Program-made: the position numbers and the translations under genes
Shown here: one piece after another, positions 28,002-36,302 of the stretch
Layout: each line of letters opens with the position of its first letter
Position numbering within the stretch: the first letter of the stretch is position 1
DNA from: a virus
Taxonomy: Duplodnaviria > Caudoviricetes
Direction: 5' to 3' (one strand)
Length of the DNA: 54,421 nucleotides
IMG/VR virus record: IMGVR_UViG_3300021061_000218
Coordinates: 1 to 54,421 of that record
Notes under the pieces: model-generated
Told to the model about the DNA's origin: nothing
Databases searched by the model: none
The model's input: the letters and a program-made list of their open reading frames with translations, nothing else

Positions 28002-30506
28002 TTAGAGGCCCCAGCCGGCTCCCAGGATCTTCGAATGTCTGTCTGCCGGACGTCCCAAAAATCCATAACGATCCCGCAGTGACGCCGCTCTCTTCTTGGA
28101 CTTGCCGCCGCCTTGGGTCTGCAGGATGGCGTAGACCAGGGCGTCACAGTTGTGAGTTAACACACCATTGGCAAAGTACTCGGGCGCCCCCTCAACCGCT
28201 AGGGAGTAAACGGGAGATCTTCTTTCCTCTTCTCGCAAGCCCACCACAAACACGGGAGCAGTATCTTGTCTTTCTGAAGCGGCTTCTGGCGAAAGTCTTC
28301 TTGCAATGCTCGCAAGTACGGACTTCGTCATCTTTACCGCTTTGTCTACGGTCTTTTGCGCAGCAGGCTCGGGAGCAAAATTTTGCCCGGGGAAAGAAGG
28401 CAGTGAATTCTTCTTTGCATACGGAGCACTTGGCCCTAGCCCCCTTTCTTCCCTCCCAGCACTGTCGGCCATGTTCCCTGTGCCACCTTTTTCCTGCTTC
28501 TGTTCGGTGCCAGAGGCCTGCTGCAGGCCTGATGGATTCCAAGTGTCGGAGCATTCTTTCTGACGTTCCCCGGTGGCGCCTCCGGTGCTCGGCAGATGTA
28601 ATGCACTCCAGATTTGAGAGATCATTGTTGAGGGGGTTTTCATCTGAATGGTGGATGTGATAACCCTTGGGGATCGGTCCATTTTCTTTTTCCCAAATGT
28701 ATCGATGTAGGTAGAGAACAGGCCCTTTATTCTCTTTGTGAATCTGGAAATACCTCCGGTGATTGAGACGAGGACTGTCCGGGTAGCGGCGGAAGCGCAT
28801 CCCATCCAGTTCGAAGATTTCAATTTTTTGTTTTTGCATGTGAACATTATATCTCCATAAACGAGTGAATCAAGACGGGTAAATCCCGCTCCCTCTACCC
28901 AAACAGGGTGGTTGGGGGTCCCTGTAAGGGAGGTTCCATCCGAAAGACTTGCTGTGATTACGTGTGCAGAGGGATTCGTCATTCCTGCGGCGACAACCCT
29001 TCTCAGGCCCCTCCGGGTCGATACCAACTCGCCAGGCAGAATATCCTCGATAGTCTTTGGCCCCTTGGAAGTTTCTACCATCGTTCCAGGAACTAGGCAC
29101 ATATCATCGTGCTTCCCTCGTGGGAACGACAGGATCTCGTGCATGAAATCCCCCAGGTAGGGCGCTCCCTCCCGGAGGATCACTCTGCCGGCCTGGACGT
29201 ACCCTGACGCAGCCTGGGCCCTCTGCAGCTTCGACTTTCCAATCTCTGTGAGCGGGTCTAGCGGCATCACGGGCAGGGCGCTCTCTTTCCGAAGCGCCTG
29301 CAAAACGGATGTCCCGGATACCCTGTCCTCAATCATCACCCGGGAGATCGGGAAGTGATTGCTCCAGTGCTCGTGCAGGTTGTACATCTTCTGCTTCAAG
29401 TCAGGGAAGTTCAGGTGAGCACGATAGACGTCTGCAATGAAGAGGCCGTCTTTGGTGACGTAGGCTGTCACGCACGCCGAGTAGTCACTCTCCTCCTTCT
29501 CGGTTAAGGCCGTGTCCCAGATCTGGATCCCCCTCGTAATCTCGTCTGGGTGCGGGAGCCTGCCATATCTGAACCAACCCTCCTGAAAGACATCCCCTTC
29601 GGCAGAGGTGGGACGCTGCTGATAGAGAGCGTTCCACTGCCTTGGGGTTAAGACCGACTTCGTGTCGTTCAAGGCAACAGCATCGAATCTCTCCGGCCAG
29701 AGCGGCTCCCCCACGGGGCGCTTTAAGGGGTCATTGTCTTCAGCGAAGGCCGGGAGGTTGATGACCGTCCAGTTACCCGGGTTCTGCTCGAGGATACGGC
29801 CGACGAGATCGTCTTCATGCCAGCGGGTGCACATCACAATGACCGCTGCGCCTTTGTGTAATCGTGTGTAGGCCACGGAGGTGTAGAAGTCCCAGACCTT
29901 GTCCCGCATCACCTCCGAGTCGGCTTCTTCGCTGTTTTTGATGGGGTCATCGATGATCAGGAGGTCGGCTCCCCTACCCGTGAGTGCTCCTCCGACACCA
30001 ACAGCTGTCAACCCCCCTCTCCTCCCTCCGATGTCCCAGCTCTGGAGCTTTCTTCGCTCTGGGTCGACAGAAACTGCGGCTCCGTCCTCCGTCAAAGCAC
30101 GGAGAGAGGTCTTGCCGAAGATCACTTGGAACTCGGGCCCCTCGATGACACTTCTCACCTGCCTCGAGAAGTCTTCTGCGAGTTCTGCTCCGTACGAAAC
30201 CTGAACAACTTTTTTGTCCGGGTTACGCCCGAGGAACCACGCCGGGAAGCGGATGGAGACTTTCTCACTCTTCCCATGTCTCGGCGGGAGCGTGACGATC
30301 AGCCTCCCAATCCCCTCCTTGCCCTCCGTTGCTACATATCTCTCTACCTGTTCCAATTTCTCATTCAAGAGATCCTGGTGCCGGGCATTCTGATAGCCCG
30401 GGAAGGTGAACGTGGTGAAATCCCGCAGGTGACGTCTTGCGAGCTCTCTCCTGGCTAAGATCGAGCGGATCTCGTCAGGCGTTGGGAGTTTCTCTTGTGT
30501 GGGTAT
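28002..30506 (-). CDS. terL: Terminase large subunit with intein; probable ATA start at 30506
   Basis: PPRHGKS Walker A, LIIDDP Walker B, TRWHEDD, YQQRP, WDTA..DYS, FP.GKHDD/DA; frame open upstream to a TAA at 30519-30521. Confidence 0.95.
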   Translation of the reverse strand: MPTQEKLPTPDEIRSILARRELARRHLRDFTTFTFPGYQNARHQDLLNEKLEQVERYVATEGKEGIGRLIVTLPPRHGKSEKVSIRFPAWFLGRNPDKKVVQVSYGAELAEDFSRQVRSVIEGPEFQVIFGKTSLRALTEDGAAVSVDPERRKLQSWDIGGRRGGLTAVGVGGALTGRGADLLIIDDPIKNSEEADSEVMRDKVWDFYTSVAYTRLHKGAAVIVMCTRWHEDDLVGRILEQNPGNWTVINLPAFAEDNDPLKRPVGEPLWPERFDAVALNDTKSVLTPRQWNALYQQRPTSAEGDVFQEGWFRYGRLPHPDEITRGIQIWDTALTEKEESDYSACVTAYVTKDGLFIADVYRAHLNFPDLKQKMYNLHEHWSNHFPISRVMIEDRVSGTSVLQALRKESALPVMPLDPLTEIGKSKLQRAQAASGYVQAGRVILREGAPYLGDFMHEILSFPRGKHDDMCLVPGTMVETSKGPKTIEDILPGELVSTRRGLRRVVAAGMTNPSAHVITASLSDGTSLTGTPNHPVWVEGAGFTRLDSLVYGDIMFTCKNKKLKSSNWMGCASAATRTVLVSITGGISRFTKRIKGLFSTYIDTFGKKKMDRSPRVITSTIQMKTPSTMISQIWSALHLPSTGGATGERQKECSDTWNPSGLQQASGTEQKQEKGGTGNMADSAGREERGLGPSAPYAKKNSLPSFPGQNFAPEPAAQKTVDKAVKMTKSVLASIARRLSPEAASERQDTAPVFVVGLREEERRSPVYSLAVEGAPEYFANGVLTHNCDALVYAILQTQGGGKSKKRAASLRDRYGFLGRPADRHSKILGAGWGL
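28192..28839 (-). CDS. HNH homing endonuclease nested out of frame inside the intein
   Basis: LHRYIWE..NGPIPKGYHIHHSDENPLNN..SNL plus two CxxC...CSxxC zinc modules. Confidence 0.9.
   Translation of the reverse strand: MQKQKIEIFELDGMRFRRYPDSPRLNHRRYFQIHKENKGPVLYLHRYIWEKENGPIPKGYHIHHSDENPLNNDLSNLECITSAEHRRRHRGTSERMLRHLESIRPAAGLWHRTEAGKRWHREHGRQCWEGRKGARAKCSVCKEEFTAFFPRAKFCSRACCAKDRRQSGKDDEVRTCEHCKKTFARSRFRKTRYCSRVCGGLARRGKKISRLLPSG
28846..28873 (-). promoter_or_regulatory. Sigma70-type promoter for the nested HNH gene (leaderless)
   Basis: TTGATT-16-TATAAT, then 6 nt, then ATG 28839. Confidence 0.65.
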
Positions 30507-30779
30507 TGGCTGTTTACTTTAAGACGATAGCGGCGTGAACTGTGACCGGATGGTGATGTAGAGGACCAGGGAGATAATGCTTAGGACGTGGGCCCAGCGC
30601 ACGGCCTTATGACGGGCTTTCGCCCACGTGTGTTCGAATACCATACTGAAAGTTGGGAAGGATTCCTGCTGCCTCTCGCCTCTGCAATCTCACTTCTCTG
30701 TGGGTGCCTTCCTGCAATGTTCCTTGGCATCAATTTCGAAACGTAGCACACATCAAAAAACAATTCAATGACTGGTCAC

Positions 30780-30808
30780 TTGCGCACTTCTAAATTCTTT
30801 GCTATGAT
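30780..30808 (+). promoter_or_regulatory. Sigma70-type promoter
   Basis: TTGCGC-17-TATGAT with TG extension. Confidence 0.5.
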
Positions 30809-30840
30809 TGTTACTAGAGAATCCCGGGGAAGTGCTAGGT

Positions 30841-31025
30841 GAGAAAGAGAGACGAGAGAGAGGGAAGAAAGAAAGAACCAAAGAAAGAAGTCCAGAGAGA
30901 GGAGAGAGAAAGAGCCCCTAGCTCTTTCGAATCTCCTCCTGTTCTCTAGAGTACTTAAAACAGTTAAATACAGGCGTTAGACATGATAGTCATGGCTAAC
31001 GCTTTTCTTTTGTTACTTTTCTTTT
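30841..31025. repeat. Bipartite homopurine mirror-repeat element 1
   Basis: Long mirror 30841-30914 with GAACC loop; hairpin 30974-31002; short opposite-strand mirror TTTTCTTTT-GTTAC-TTTTCTTTT 31003-31025. Confidence 0.85.
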
Positions 31026-31113
31026 AAACGAGCACACAATTGCGCCAATCTCCATTGAAGCAGGAGGTTAAAGTACGTTCAAAGAGACGAACACAAAAGT
31101 TACTCAGGAGAGT

Positions 31114-31296
31114 TCAAAACACGAAGTCATCAGCTGCATCGGGGTACTGTCTTCCCCCTCGTTCTGACTCCGCTCCGATCTGGTACTGAAAGCCGCACCA
31201 GCTACAGACTGCGTACTGCTTTCCGGACGGGGTCGTCCAAATGCCGTTGGGCTTCGGCGTGTGTGAACTGCACTTTCTGTTACGGGTGGGGTACAT
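31114..31296 (-). CDS. Small Cys/His hypothetical protein
   Basis: CxxH and CxxC; GCTTCCTAACC motif 7 nt upstream of the ATG. Confidence 0.55.
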   Translation of the reverse strand: MYPTRNRKCSSHTPKPNGIWTTPSGKQYAVCSWCGFQYQIGAESERGGRQYPDAADDFVF

Positions 31297-31350
31297 ACCA
31301 AAGGGTTAGGAAGCACCACGCACTCTACCACATTCACACCTCTCCAACAA

Positions 31351-31397
31351 TTGAGGAAACACGAATATTGTGCTAGGATATGCGCAACTTCCTAACC
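31351..31397 (+). promoter_or_regulatory. Promoter plus ACTTCCTAACC leader motif
   Basis: TTGAGG-17-TAGGAT, motif at 31387-31397, ATG 31405. Confidence 0.65.
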
Positions 31398-31404
31398 ACG
31401 GCTG

Positions 31405-31734
31405 ATGCCAGAAAAGATGTCTTTGAGTGAGAAGCAATTGCGGACTCGTTTGACCAAAGCCTACGGAAAGAAATACCCCGTCATCGCTGCCCAAGCCGGC
31501 AAGTATTTGCAGTGCCGGGAATGCGGAGGTGATACGCACTTCCTGATCCTTCACCGCTGCGAAAGAGACTTCAAGAAGTATCTTGAGAGAAAGGTCTCCC
31601 TCACGGAAGAGGGCTTTTACTCAAACCTTAAGAGACTCACGACGCCCACCTACATGAACTTCGAGCTTCGTGAACGCCTCCGAGAGGGCAGAAACAAGAA
31701 ACCTCTTCCCCCACCCAAAGATGGCGAAGCGTAA
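31405..31734 (+). CDS. Hypothetical protein with CxxC
   Basis: 109 aa directly after a promoter. Confidence 0.75.
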   Translation: MPEKMSLSEKQLRTRLTKAYGKKYPVIAAQAGKYLQCRECGGDTHFLILHRCERDFKKYLERKVSLTEEGFYSNLKRLTTPTYMNFELRERLREGRNKKPLPPPKDGEA

Positions 31735-31963
31735 GCTCATCGGCGTTAAGCAGAAGGTCTATGCCCGTGTCCACATGGACGTGCTCGAGAAGTACCCGCA
31801 GGTGATCGAAGCGATCTCTGAGGGCGATCTGGAACGCATCCAGAAGCGATGTGAAGAGATCCTCTTAAACGAAGAGGCGAAGGCTGCACACCCCATCGCC
31901 ATCGATCTCCTCCGTCTCTGTATCACTCTCCTTGTGGTTGAGGCAGAGAACCCTTTTGCCTAA
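31721..31963 (+). CDS. Hypothetical protein
   Basis: ATG 31721 (MAKRKL); operonic. Confidence 0.65.
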   Translation: MAKRKLIGVKQKVYARVHMDVLEKYPQVIEAISEGDLERIQKRCEEILLNEEAKAAHPIAIDLLRLCITLLVVEAENPFA

Positions 31964-32292
31964 TGCCCTGTCTTGGCCTTCATCCGTCGGTTAAGACGCC
32001 CTGTGATACGTGTTACGGGGAGTTTGGAAGAGCCCGATGGTTTGTCACCGAAACTCATCTCTATGCGTGTGACCACTGCGCCCCCTTTCAGAATGGTGTT
32101 GAAGAGTACGCTCCAGAAATTGTCACGGTGAGGAGGGCCTTCAGGCTTCTGTGGGTCAGGTGGAAATTCAGGGGGTACAAGCTCTGCGGCAAGTGGAGGA
32201 AGGGCGCACACCATTGGACGCTTCTCAGTGCCCCTGCCTGGAAGTGCTTACTCAAGAAGCTTCTTCGATATTTCTTCCCCCGTTCTTCATGA
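31963..32292 (+). CDS. Hypothetical protein with two CxxC motifs
   Basis: TAATG coupling with the upstream gene. Confidence 0.6.
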   Translation: MPCLGLHPSVKTPCDTCYGEFGRARWFVTETHLYACDHCAPFQNGVEEYAPEIVTVRRAFRLLWVRWKFRGYKLCGKWRKGAHHWTLLSAPAWKCLLKKLLRYFFPRSS

Positions 32293-33122
32293 TCTGTGAG
32301 CCGTATATCTGTCTCGAGTCAAAGATATATCCGATTGGGGACATCCAATATCTCGATGTTCGAGAAGCGCACACAAGGCGGCCGTTTGGTCGCCCGGATA
32401 TCTACGTGAATCACGATAACACCTGGCAGAGATACGCAGACTTTGAGCGGGAGAAGCTGCGAGAGCTTATCGGGCCAGTGAAGATCGACATCGACTACTC
32501 CGGAGGTTATCGCCTCGTGAGAGAGAATGAGATCAGCGGACCGCTGATGGCAACGGAGAAGACGGCGAAGATCTGGCTCTCCGAAAAACTCACTGGCTAC
32601 TCCACCAAAGATTACAAGAACGACACCGAAGCAGACCGCCTCCTCATGAGAGCTGAGTTCCTCAAGGCTGTCTGTCTCAAGGAGGGGCTCTCGTGGCCAG
32701 GCGTAGAAGAGCCAAAGAGGATTTCCTCAGGAGGTGTCGATCTCGACTGGGGGGTCTATTGCCCCCCGGCAGAGAAGAAGGAGACCACGGCCAGCGAAGA
32801 GACCAAATTAGGTGATTTCTGCAGCATAATAGGCGTCAGTGAAGCCACGCCTGAGAAGGGGCTTACAGTCTGGGATTATTCCCGGGATGCTACGGGAGCA
32901 GACGGGAATGGAGAACTTGTGCTCGCCCCCAGGCGGGAGCCGTTCTGGCAGCGCATGAAGTTTGGGGCTCCGGTTTACAGGGACGACGCTGTGAACACGT
33001 ACCCGAGCCCGCCAGCCTCGGCTTTCATAAAAACACTCGTAAAAAGCTACTCTCTTGAGGAGTGGAAGGCGCTCATGGGAGAGAAGGAAGAGGTGGACTA
33101 CCTCCCCTTCCTGAAGAAATAA
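32289..33122 (+). CDS. Hypothetical protein
   Basis: ATGA coupling at 32289. Confidence 0.7.
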   Translation: MICEPYICLESKIYPIGDIQYLDVREAHTRRPFGRPDIYVNHDNTWQRYADFEREKLRELIGPVKIDIDYSGGYRLVRENEISGPLMATEKTAKIWLSEKLTGYSTKDYKNDTEADRLLMRAEFLKAVCLKEGLSWPGVEEPKRISSGGVDLDWGVYCPPAEKKETTASEETKLGDFCSIIGVSEATPEKGLTVWDYSRDATGADGNGELVLAPRREPFWQRMKFGAPVYRDDAVNTYPSPPASAFIKTLVKSYSLEEWKALMGEKEEVDYLPFLKK

Positions 33123-33181
33123 TTTATTATAGAAACATGGGACCCCTTTCCTGCCTGCCGGGGGAGGGGTACTTTTGAAAC

Positions 33182-33451
33182 ATGCTGAATAACGGGAAGC
33201 TCATGGAAGAAGCGAAGGCGTACCTCACGCCTGAGGAGATAGCGATGGTAGAGGGGTGGGTGCCGCAACCTGGCACGACAAAGCTAGCGCACCTCGAGAT
33301 GGCCTCTGCGGTCGTTACAGCGGCGATGCATCGTCGTGCGCTTCTAGAGAGCGAGGAGAGAGGAAGAGCGTCCACAGCCCAAGCAAATCGCATAGCGGGG
33401 CTCGTGGGGATCGCTGTGGTCCTGCAGGCAATAGTGACTCTCTATTTCTAA
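33182..33451 (+). CDS. Hypothetical protein with C-terminal TM
   Basis: IAGLVGIAVVLQAIVTLYF. Confidence 0.65.
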   Translation: MLNNGKLMEEAKAYLTPEEIAMVEGWVPQPGTTKLAHLEMASAVVTAAMHRRALLESEERGRASTAQANRIAGLVGIAVVLQAIVTLYF

Positions 33452-33584
33452 TTTTTTATTTCTGGCTGTGTGAGGGGGGTGGCTCCAATTAAACACCGGG
33501 GGTGGCAAAACACAAACAGACAAGTGCAATTCCGGACTGCAAACATGGCTTGCTGCTGCGCAACTGTGGGCCTTTTCGCCAATT

Positions 33585-33612
33585 TGTTTACATAATATAG
33601 ATTAGTGAAAGT
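33585..33612 (-). other. Internal dif-like site
   Basis: ACTTTCACTAA-TCTATA-TTATGTAAACA, close to B. subtilis dif ACTTCCTAGAA-TATATA-TTATGTAAACT. Confidence 0.75.
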
Positions 33613-33637
33613 ACATTCACACACAAGTGTGTTGTAC

Positions 33638-34063
33638 TCACACGTCTACTGCATTCTCCTTCGCCTTCTGCTTCTCCTCTGCCTCTAGCATGCGTCGCAG
33701 TTCTTCCTCTGGAAGATGAGCCGGATCGACTCTTAAGAGGTTTATGGTGGTCTTCTGTGCGTCGCTGCCTATGAGCTCTGCGAACTTCGCCAAGTTCTCT
33801 GATGCCTTCATTTGATCTGAGTGCTTCACGTCGTCTTTCACATCTCTCTTCAAGATCCCAAGCCAGTAATCGAGCACTCCTGCTCCAATTTCACGCTTGA
33901 GCGCCGCATTCCCCAATTTCGCCTCCAAATCAGCTATACGTGCCCCCTTCGCCAAAGGAGCGTGGCCGCCGTAGTAGTAGGGTGGCGTATGCGGCGGGGT
34001 CCCCTTCTTACTCCCCGCTGGCACCACCTCAGGCCACTTATGCTCGTCTCCAGCTGGCGTCAT
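33638..34063 (-). CDS. Putative terminase small subunit
   Basis: VLDYW..I...D.MKASENLAK and C-terminal L.EEELRR pattern; same strand as and upstream of TerL. Confidence 0.6.
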   Translation of the reverse strand: MTPAGDEHKWPEVVPAGSKKGTPPHTPPYYYGGHAPLAKGARIADLEAKLGNAALKREIGAGVLDYWLGILKRDVKDDVKHSDQMKASENLAKFAELIGSDAQKTTINLLRVDPAHLPEEELRRMLEAEEKQKAKENAVDV

Positions 34064-34172
34064 AATGTGCGTGTGTGTGAAATTTCTCCTCCTATGTACC
34101 ACACTTGCCTAAAGCCTGCAATCCCCCTCTCTTTATACTTAGCTATTATACCATATTATTGATATTTTGTCC

Positions 34173-34217
34173 TTGACACTCAAGGGAGGAGGTATATACT
34201 AAAGATACTTCCTAACC
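34173..34217 (+). promoter_or_regulatory. Near-consensus promoter plus leader motif
   Basis: TTGACA-16-TATACT, 6 nt, then ACTTCCTAACC. Confidence 0.75.
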
Positions 34218-34490
34218 GTTCTGGTTGTCATCACCGCCAAGCAGGTCACACCGTAAGACTCAACCTGCACACCTCAATCGGACTAGAGAGCGCTACGTGC
34301 CAAGCGTAGCACATGAGATAGGAACGACTATCGTCCTCATTGCCTCGCTCTTGTCGCCACTGAGGGAAGAATAAGCTGCACCACTCGGTGCCGCTTTCGC
34401 TTCCCTCTTTTTGCCGTTCCACATTCCTGTGTGGGACGAGTAACTTCCTTGGTCCTTCGGACCTCGGAAGAACGCCCATCCGGGCGAACT
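34207..34490 (+). ncRNA. Structured leader RNA / possible attenuator
   Basis: Successive hairpins including GAGGGAAG/CTTCCCTC plus T5 and a cUUCGg loop; no convincing ORF. Confidence 0.5.
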
Positions 34491-34507
34491 TCCTACCCCC
34501 TCTCTAT

Positions 34508-34642
34508 ATGACGTGCTTCACGTCTCGTCTCTTTATCGTTCTGTATGGTTCTGCGCTGATTGCGCTTGTACTCGCAGGGGCTCTCGGGCCTATCGACTTG
34601 AGCCCCTCTCCGCTCGCCTCTCCGTTCATTGATCTTCTGTAA
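34508..34642 (+). CDS. Small membrane protein
   Basis: One TM helix; ACTTCCTACCC motif upstream. Confidence 0.5.
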   Translation: MTCFTSRLFIVLYGSALIALVLAGALGPIDLSPSPLASPFIDLL

Positions 34643-34663
34643 ATCCCCTCCCCGTCCTAGACT

Positions 34664-35005
34664 ATGACAATGCAAACGAGACCTCCCACCGCTGAAGAGC
34701 TGAAGGCATTCGTTCAGATTCATGCACACCAGAACCAGACAAGCCTTGTGTTACTCCTTCTCGAAAGCGTGGTCATAACGCACGATGATATCCGCAATCT
34801 CTACGTTGAAACTCCAGATGGCGGCGAAGACGAGCAAGACATTACTGAATGGATCGTGGTGAGCTCAAAGCTCCTCGAAACCCTCGAAGCCCTCGGGCAA
34901 CCTGTTCTCATCTCTGACCTAGGCTCCTGGTGGGGCAGGATGGAGTCAGGTCATGACATCTCTGAAGACAAGATCATCAAAGAAGCCTGGCTCAAGATGC
35001 AATAA
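34664..35005 (+). CDS. Hypothetical phage protein
   Basis: EWIVVS...WWGR..SG pattern. Confidence 0.75.
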   Translation: MTMQTRPPTAEELKAFVQIHAHQNQTSLVLLLLESVVITHDDIRNLYVETPDGGEDEQDITEWIVVSSKLLETLEALGQPVLISDLGSWWGRMESGHDISEDKIIKEAWLKMQ

Positions 35006-35057
35006 GCCCCCTCACTCATACAAACATTTATCTCCGTCCTCCCTTTCCCTCTTTCGT

Positions 35058-35360
35058 ATGTTCACCTTTAAGTTTTACGTGAACGTGAAGACTGACAAAC
35101 ACGGCCGCAAATTAGACGATCTTGATGCACGCACCTCTCGTGCCCTGGACTACCTCTCGTCTCTCTACGGTCACGTCACCTATTCCCTGGACCGTGGTAG
35201 CTACAAGATCGGCCGAAAAACACACAGATCTGAGCCCTGCGTGGTCTTCACTGTCACCACCTCATTGACGCTTGATCATGGCGAGAGCTCTGCAAAGGCC
35301 CTCAAAAACATCTTCGACCAGATGCACATTCTCTTTGTCTACGAGAAGCAGAAGAAATAA
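35058..35360 (+). CDS. Hypothetical protein
   Basis: ATG after a pyrimidine-rich leader. Confidence 0.7.
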   Translation: MFTFKFYVNVKTDKHGRKLDDLDARTSRALDYLSSLYGHVTYSLDRGSYKIGRKTHRSEPCVVFTVTTSLTLDHGESSAKALKNIFDQMHILFVYEKQKK

Positions 35361-35498
35361 CGAATCCGCATTTGCGCACTCCTCCTTTATCCCCCCTCTA
35401 TGTCGAATGACGTGGACTCTTTGGGCGATGTTCGTCGCTCCTCCCAACTCCCAACTTCTATGCCCCTTCCCACCGGAACGGGCTACTCCCATCAGCTT

Positions 35499-35819
35499 AT
35501 GCCCCAACCCATTACCCCCGGCCTCTGGCACGTAGACGAGGACGGCCTGAACTACGCCATCGTGGCCCCGAATAAGCCTGTCTCCTTCCTCACGCACGAG
35601 AAGCCCATCATTGCCATCTGCCAGCTCAGAAGTGATGCGCAATTGATGGCCGCCGCTCCCATCCTCCTCCAGCGCCTGAAGATGTCTCTCAAAGATGCCG
35701 AGGACGCCATTGAGAGTCCGTCAGCTGCGGTTCATTTCAATTGGGTGAGCATTGCAGAGGATATCCGATACGTGATTGCTCTCGCTGAATCTCACTTCCC
35801 CTTTAATCACCATGAATAA
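35499..35819 (+). CDS. Hypothetical phage protein
   Basis: TPGLW...DAQLMAAAP, the common phage TPGPW/NARLIAAAP pattern. Confidence 0.75.
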   Translation: MPQPITPGLWHVDEDGLNYAIVAPNKPVSFLTHEKPIIAICQLRSDAQLMAAAPILLQRLKMSLKDAEDAIESPSAAVHFNWVSIAEDIRYVIALAESHFPFNHHE

Positions 35820-36015
35820 CAATCGCACTGTCCAAGACTTCTTAAACGATGTCCCGGATCCCATGCCGCCTATGACGCTCTCTATGTCTCGGCGTGAGCT
35901 TCTAGGCCGCTCTCGACTCGTCACACCCCCAACCCCATTCATCCCCTTTGGCCCTGCCCTCTTCATGGGGCTCTGCGCCCTTGCGGTCTCGTCTCTCTTT
36001 TCATTCATCTTCTAA
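35812..36015 (+). CDS. Small protein with C-terminal TM
   Basis: Operonic; hydrophobic tail. Confidence 0.55.
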   Translation: MNNNRTVQDFLNDVPDPMPPMTLSMSRRELLGRSRLVTPPTPFIPFGPALFMGLCALAVSSLFSFIF

Positions 36016-36037
36016 TTCCCCACTCCCCCTTATCATT

Positions 36038-36235
36038 ATGGTTACCCTCCTCACCGCTGGAATCCTCGTCTTTGGTCATCTGGTCCCCCTCACCTTCTGC
36101 CAGGGCACGACAGCCTCTGGCCTCTCTTATTCCGCCTACATTGAGGCGCATGCTACGACTCCTCAGCATAAGCAGGTTTGGACGGAGCAGGTAAAGCGTG
36201 GACAGATCCACATCTGTGGTAATTCCACTCTTTGA
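36038..36235 (+). CDS. Hypothetical protein
   Basis: ATG after a pyrimidine-rich leader. Confidence 0.5.
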   Translation: MVTLLTAGILVFGHLVPLTFCQGTTASGLSYSAYIEAHATTPQHKQVWTEQVKRGQIHICGNSTL

Positions 36236-36302
36236 GAGACACGTCAATTATCATTTACGAAATACAATGGTACGGTATCACAGAACTTTCCCACTTCACC
36301 GC

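Larger units (their letters stand above)
28149..29099 (-). mobile_element. Intein (317 aa) in the TerL nuclease domain
   Basis: Starts CLVPGTMV, has block B TPNHPVW and block F VYSLAV, ends THN followed by C(+1); removal restores HDDM-CDAL. Confidence 0.95.

Noticed and set aside
30511-30541. TGTTTACTTTA as a partner dif arm bounding the terS-terL block
   Set aside because: Too degenerate and lacks a second arm at the right spacing.
31387-31397. Leader motif ACTTCCTAACC as a XerC half-site (similar to B. subtilis ACTTCCTAGAA)
   Set aside because: Copies lack a partner arm 6 bp away and track with transcript and gene starts instead.
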